This document shows, in pieces, positions 62,387-64,000 of a stretch of 64,000 bases of DNA. Below the pieces are notes generated by a model. It did no database searches, was not told the DNA's origin, and saw nothing but the letters and a program-made list of their open reading frames with translations. Source of the DNA: an uncultured Ignavibacteriota bacterium (GTDB lineage: Bacteria > Bacteroidota > Ignavibacteria > UBA10030 > UBA8401); the NCBI GenBank assembly GCA_903958625.1, contig CAJBTU010000084.1:7472-71471 (forward strand). The letters run 5' to 3'. A program made the position numbers and the translations under genes. Each line of letters opens with the position of its first letter. Within the stretch, counting starts at the first letter, position 1.

Positions 62387-63553
62387 TTATACCAATGCCT
62401 CCATGATCATTCCCGGGGTGATCATTTTCCCGACGGAGTTCACACCGACGATCTCTTTTCCCGCGAAGAGGGACTGGATCACGCTCCGGTATTGTCCGGT
62501 CATATTTTCTTCCGCTACAACGATCCGTCGTACACCGCGCGCCGCTTCTTTCAGAAGTGTTTCGGGAATGGGGAACAGTGTAATGATATTGGCATTACGA
62601 ACTTTTTTTCCCTCTGCGTTTGCGCGCCGTGCTGCTTCTTTCGCCGTACGGGCCGTAATTCCAAAACTTAACAGTAATGTGTCGGCGTTCTCCTGTTCGT
62701 CCACGCGGACGATCGCCATTTCCTCTATGTGCGCTTCAATTTTTTTCTGCAAATGAATGAGTACGTCCAAAGTTTCGCTGGAATTCTTTTGTAATGTTCC
62801 CCGTTTATCATGAGCGGAGCCGGTCATGGTTACTTTATAGTTGCCGCCGACCGGCGAAAAAAGCGGAACATCCGCAAGTTCCTGAAAATCATAGGTGAGA
62901 TGTTCCTTGCCGTTCTGTGTGGAAAATTCTTTACGGTACCACGCGGGCGAACTTTTTAATTGAGCAAAATCGACATCTTCAGACATCATTCCTACTTCTT
63001 TATCGGAGAGGATGATCACCGGTGTTCGTAAAAGTTCCGCCCATTTGAAGGCGATCGTTGTCACCTCAAAACATTCCTGCGGTGTGCTTGGCGCGAAGAT
63101 CGGAATCGTATATCCCCCCGAAGTACAGAATTCGGTGAAAAGAATATCCGCCTGGCCGTTTTGTGTTGCCCCGCCGGTGCTTGGTCCTAAACGCTGCACA
63201 AGAGCAATCACCACCGGCAGTTCGGTCATCAGTGCATATTGTACCGTTTCGATCATCAGCGACCAGCCGGGCCCCGATGATGCGGTCATAGCTTTTGCGC
63301 CGCGCCCCGAGGCTCCCACGCAGTAGGCAAGAGCCGAAATTTCGTCGGGTGCCGAAATTGCAACACCATTGCGCTGAGGCAGCTGCTCGATCATAGCTTT
63401 ATACACACCCGATGCAGGTGTAATGGGATATCCGGCAAAAAACTGACAGCCGGCGTGCAACGCACCTTCGGCGATCATTTGATTTCCGGTTCGAATCTTA
63501 ATAGAGGATGGGTTCATAGTCTTTTCGTTGTTTTCTACCATGACAATAGCCAT
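62387..63553 (-). CDS. korA: 2-oxoacid:ferredoxin oxidoreductase alpha subunit
   Basis: GNQMIAEGALHAGCQFFAGYPITPAS. 388 aa. 4-nt gap to korB. Confidence 0.85.
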   Translation of the reverse strand: MAIVMVENNEKTMNPSSIKIRTGNQMIAEGALHAGCQFFAGYPITPASGVYKAMIEQLPQRNGVAISAPDEISALAYCVGASGRGAKAMTASSGPGWSLMIETVQYALMTELPVVIALVQRLGPSTGGATQNGQADILFTEFCTSGGYTIPIFAPSTPQECFEVTTIAFKWAELLRTPVIILSDKEVGMMSEDVDFAQLKSSPAWYRKEFSTQNGKEHLTYDFQELADVPLFSPVGGNYKVTMTGSAHDKRGTLQKNSSETLDVLIHLQKKIEAHIEEMAIVRVDEQENADTLLLSFGITARTAKEAARRANAEGKKVRNANIITLFPIPETLLKEAARGVRRIVVAEENMTGQYRSVIQSLFAGKEIVGVNSVGKMITPGMIMEALV

Positions 63554-63726
63554 TTATGTGCCGAGTTCAAACTGCAAAAATCCAGTGTAATTTGAATGTT
63601 GATTTTTTAGAGTTGGGAAATATTTATGATGGAATGGCGAAATTGGGAAAGAAAAGCAGTGACAATCTTCAATTGCATTTACACCATTCTCTCCATACTT
63701 TGTCATCGTTAAAATATGGAGAAGAA

Positions 63727-64000
63727 ATGAAAAAAATATTATTAATAGCATGCATCGTTATCCAATTATTTTCACAGCAGACAGACCAACCAAAACAACC
63801 AAACCTCATGGAACGAAAATACACGATTGAAAAATTACAGATGGGTGATGTAGGTCCCGTACGGATCGTTCAATTATATGCCGATGGATTTGAAAAACTT
63901 TCGGTGAAGGAAAAAATATTCACCTATTATTTATATCAATCAGCCATTGCCGCACGCGACATTGCCGTCGATCAGCGTCACCGTAACGCGCTTGAGATCC
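63727..64000 (+). CDS. M49 (dipeptidyl-peptidase III)-like peptidase, N-terminal fragment; runs off the window
   Basis: My translation from the ATG at 63727: MKKILLIACIVIQLFSQQ (signal peptide) ...LSVKEKIFTYYLYQSAIAARDIAVDQRHRNALEI. It resembles the N-terminus of bacterial DPP III-like proteins. Only about 90 aa are visible. Confidence 0.5.
   Translation, partial: MKKILLIACIVIQLFSQQTDQPKQPNLMERKYTIEKLQMGDVGPVRIVQLYADGFEKLSVKEKIFTYYLYQSAIAARDIAVDQRHRNALEI

Noticed and set aside
63554-63751. 65-aa minus-strand ORF upstream of korA
   Set aside because: It lies in the divergent promoter region and overlaps the start of the plus-strand M49-like gene. Its sequence is hydrophobic and low-information, and it has no Shine-Dalgarno.
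1-64000. Search for transposases, integrases, phage genes, restriction-modification, CRISPR-Cas or other known defence genes
   Set aside because: None of the ORF translations shows DDE, tyrosine- or serine-recombinase, Cas, methyltransferase-endonuclease or similar hallmark motifs. No flanking direct repeats or tRNA attachment sites were seen around the 40.8-56.0 kb island.

Overview
This window reads as a chromosomal segment of an FCB-superphylum bacterium, probably Ignavibacteria- or Bacteroidota-like. That assignment is an inference from four type-A T9SS C-terminal sorting domains, a TTG/TAnnTTTG-style promoter and the gene content; no search was run. All calls come from reading the ORF translations and the DNA by eye.

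Layout:
- 1-11.9 kb, housekeeping: a partial M3 peptidase (my own translation, open to the window edge), an aldehyde dehydrogenase, an SDR, an ATP-grasp protein, an ABC-2 exporter with a thioredoxin-like protein, mfd and a HAD hydrolase.
- 12.0-30.4 kb, a complete dcw cell-division/cell-wall cluster: mraZ-rsmH-ftsL-ftsI-murE-murF-mraY-murD-ftsW-murG-[2 inserted genes]-murC-ftsQ-ftsA-ftsZ. It has a recognisable promoter, MraZ boxes and a terminator.
- 30.6-40.6 kb, accessory and regulatory genes: a sigma-like protein with a zf-HC2 anti-sigma factor, a DUF4159/DUF4175-like pair, a REC-HPt protein, and rfbA-rfbC.
- 40.8-56.0 kb, four consecutive secreted proteins that each end in the same T9SS sorting domain. 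Two of them are giants of 1884 and 2009 aa.
- 56.4-63.6 kb: a HEAT-repeat gene, then a co-directional minus-strand string of korA, korB(beta-gamma fusion), a small ORF, a globin, an HYC_CC_PP-like protein, an HMA protein and a TonB-dependent receptor.
- 63.7-64.0 kb: a partial M49 (DPP III)-like peptidase.

I recognised no rRNA, tRNA, CRISPR array, transposase or integrase.

The best candidate for something new is the T9SS island. The first giant is a five-fold beta-helix supermodule protein that carries a dockerin-like and a cohesin-like module just before its sorting tail. The adjacent giant has three cohesin-like modules alternating with Big_2 domains, then seven cadherin-like repeats. This suggests a T9SS-anchored, cohesin-dockerin-assembled surface complex with no visible link to cellulose degradation.
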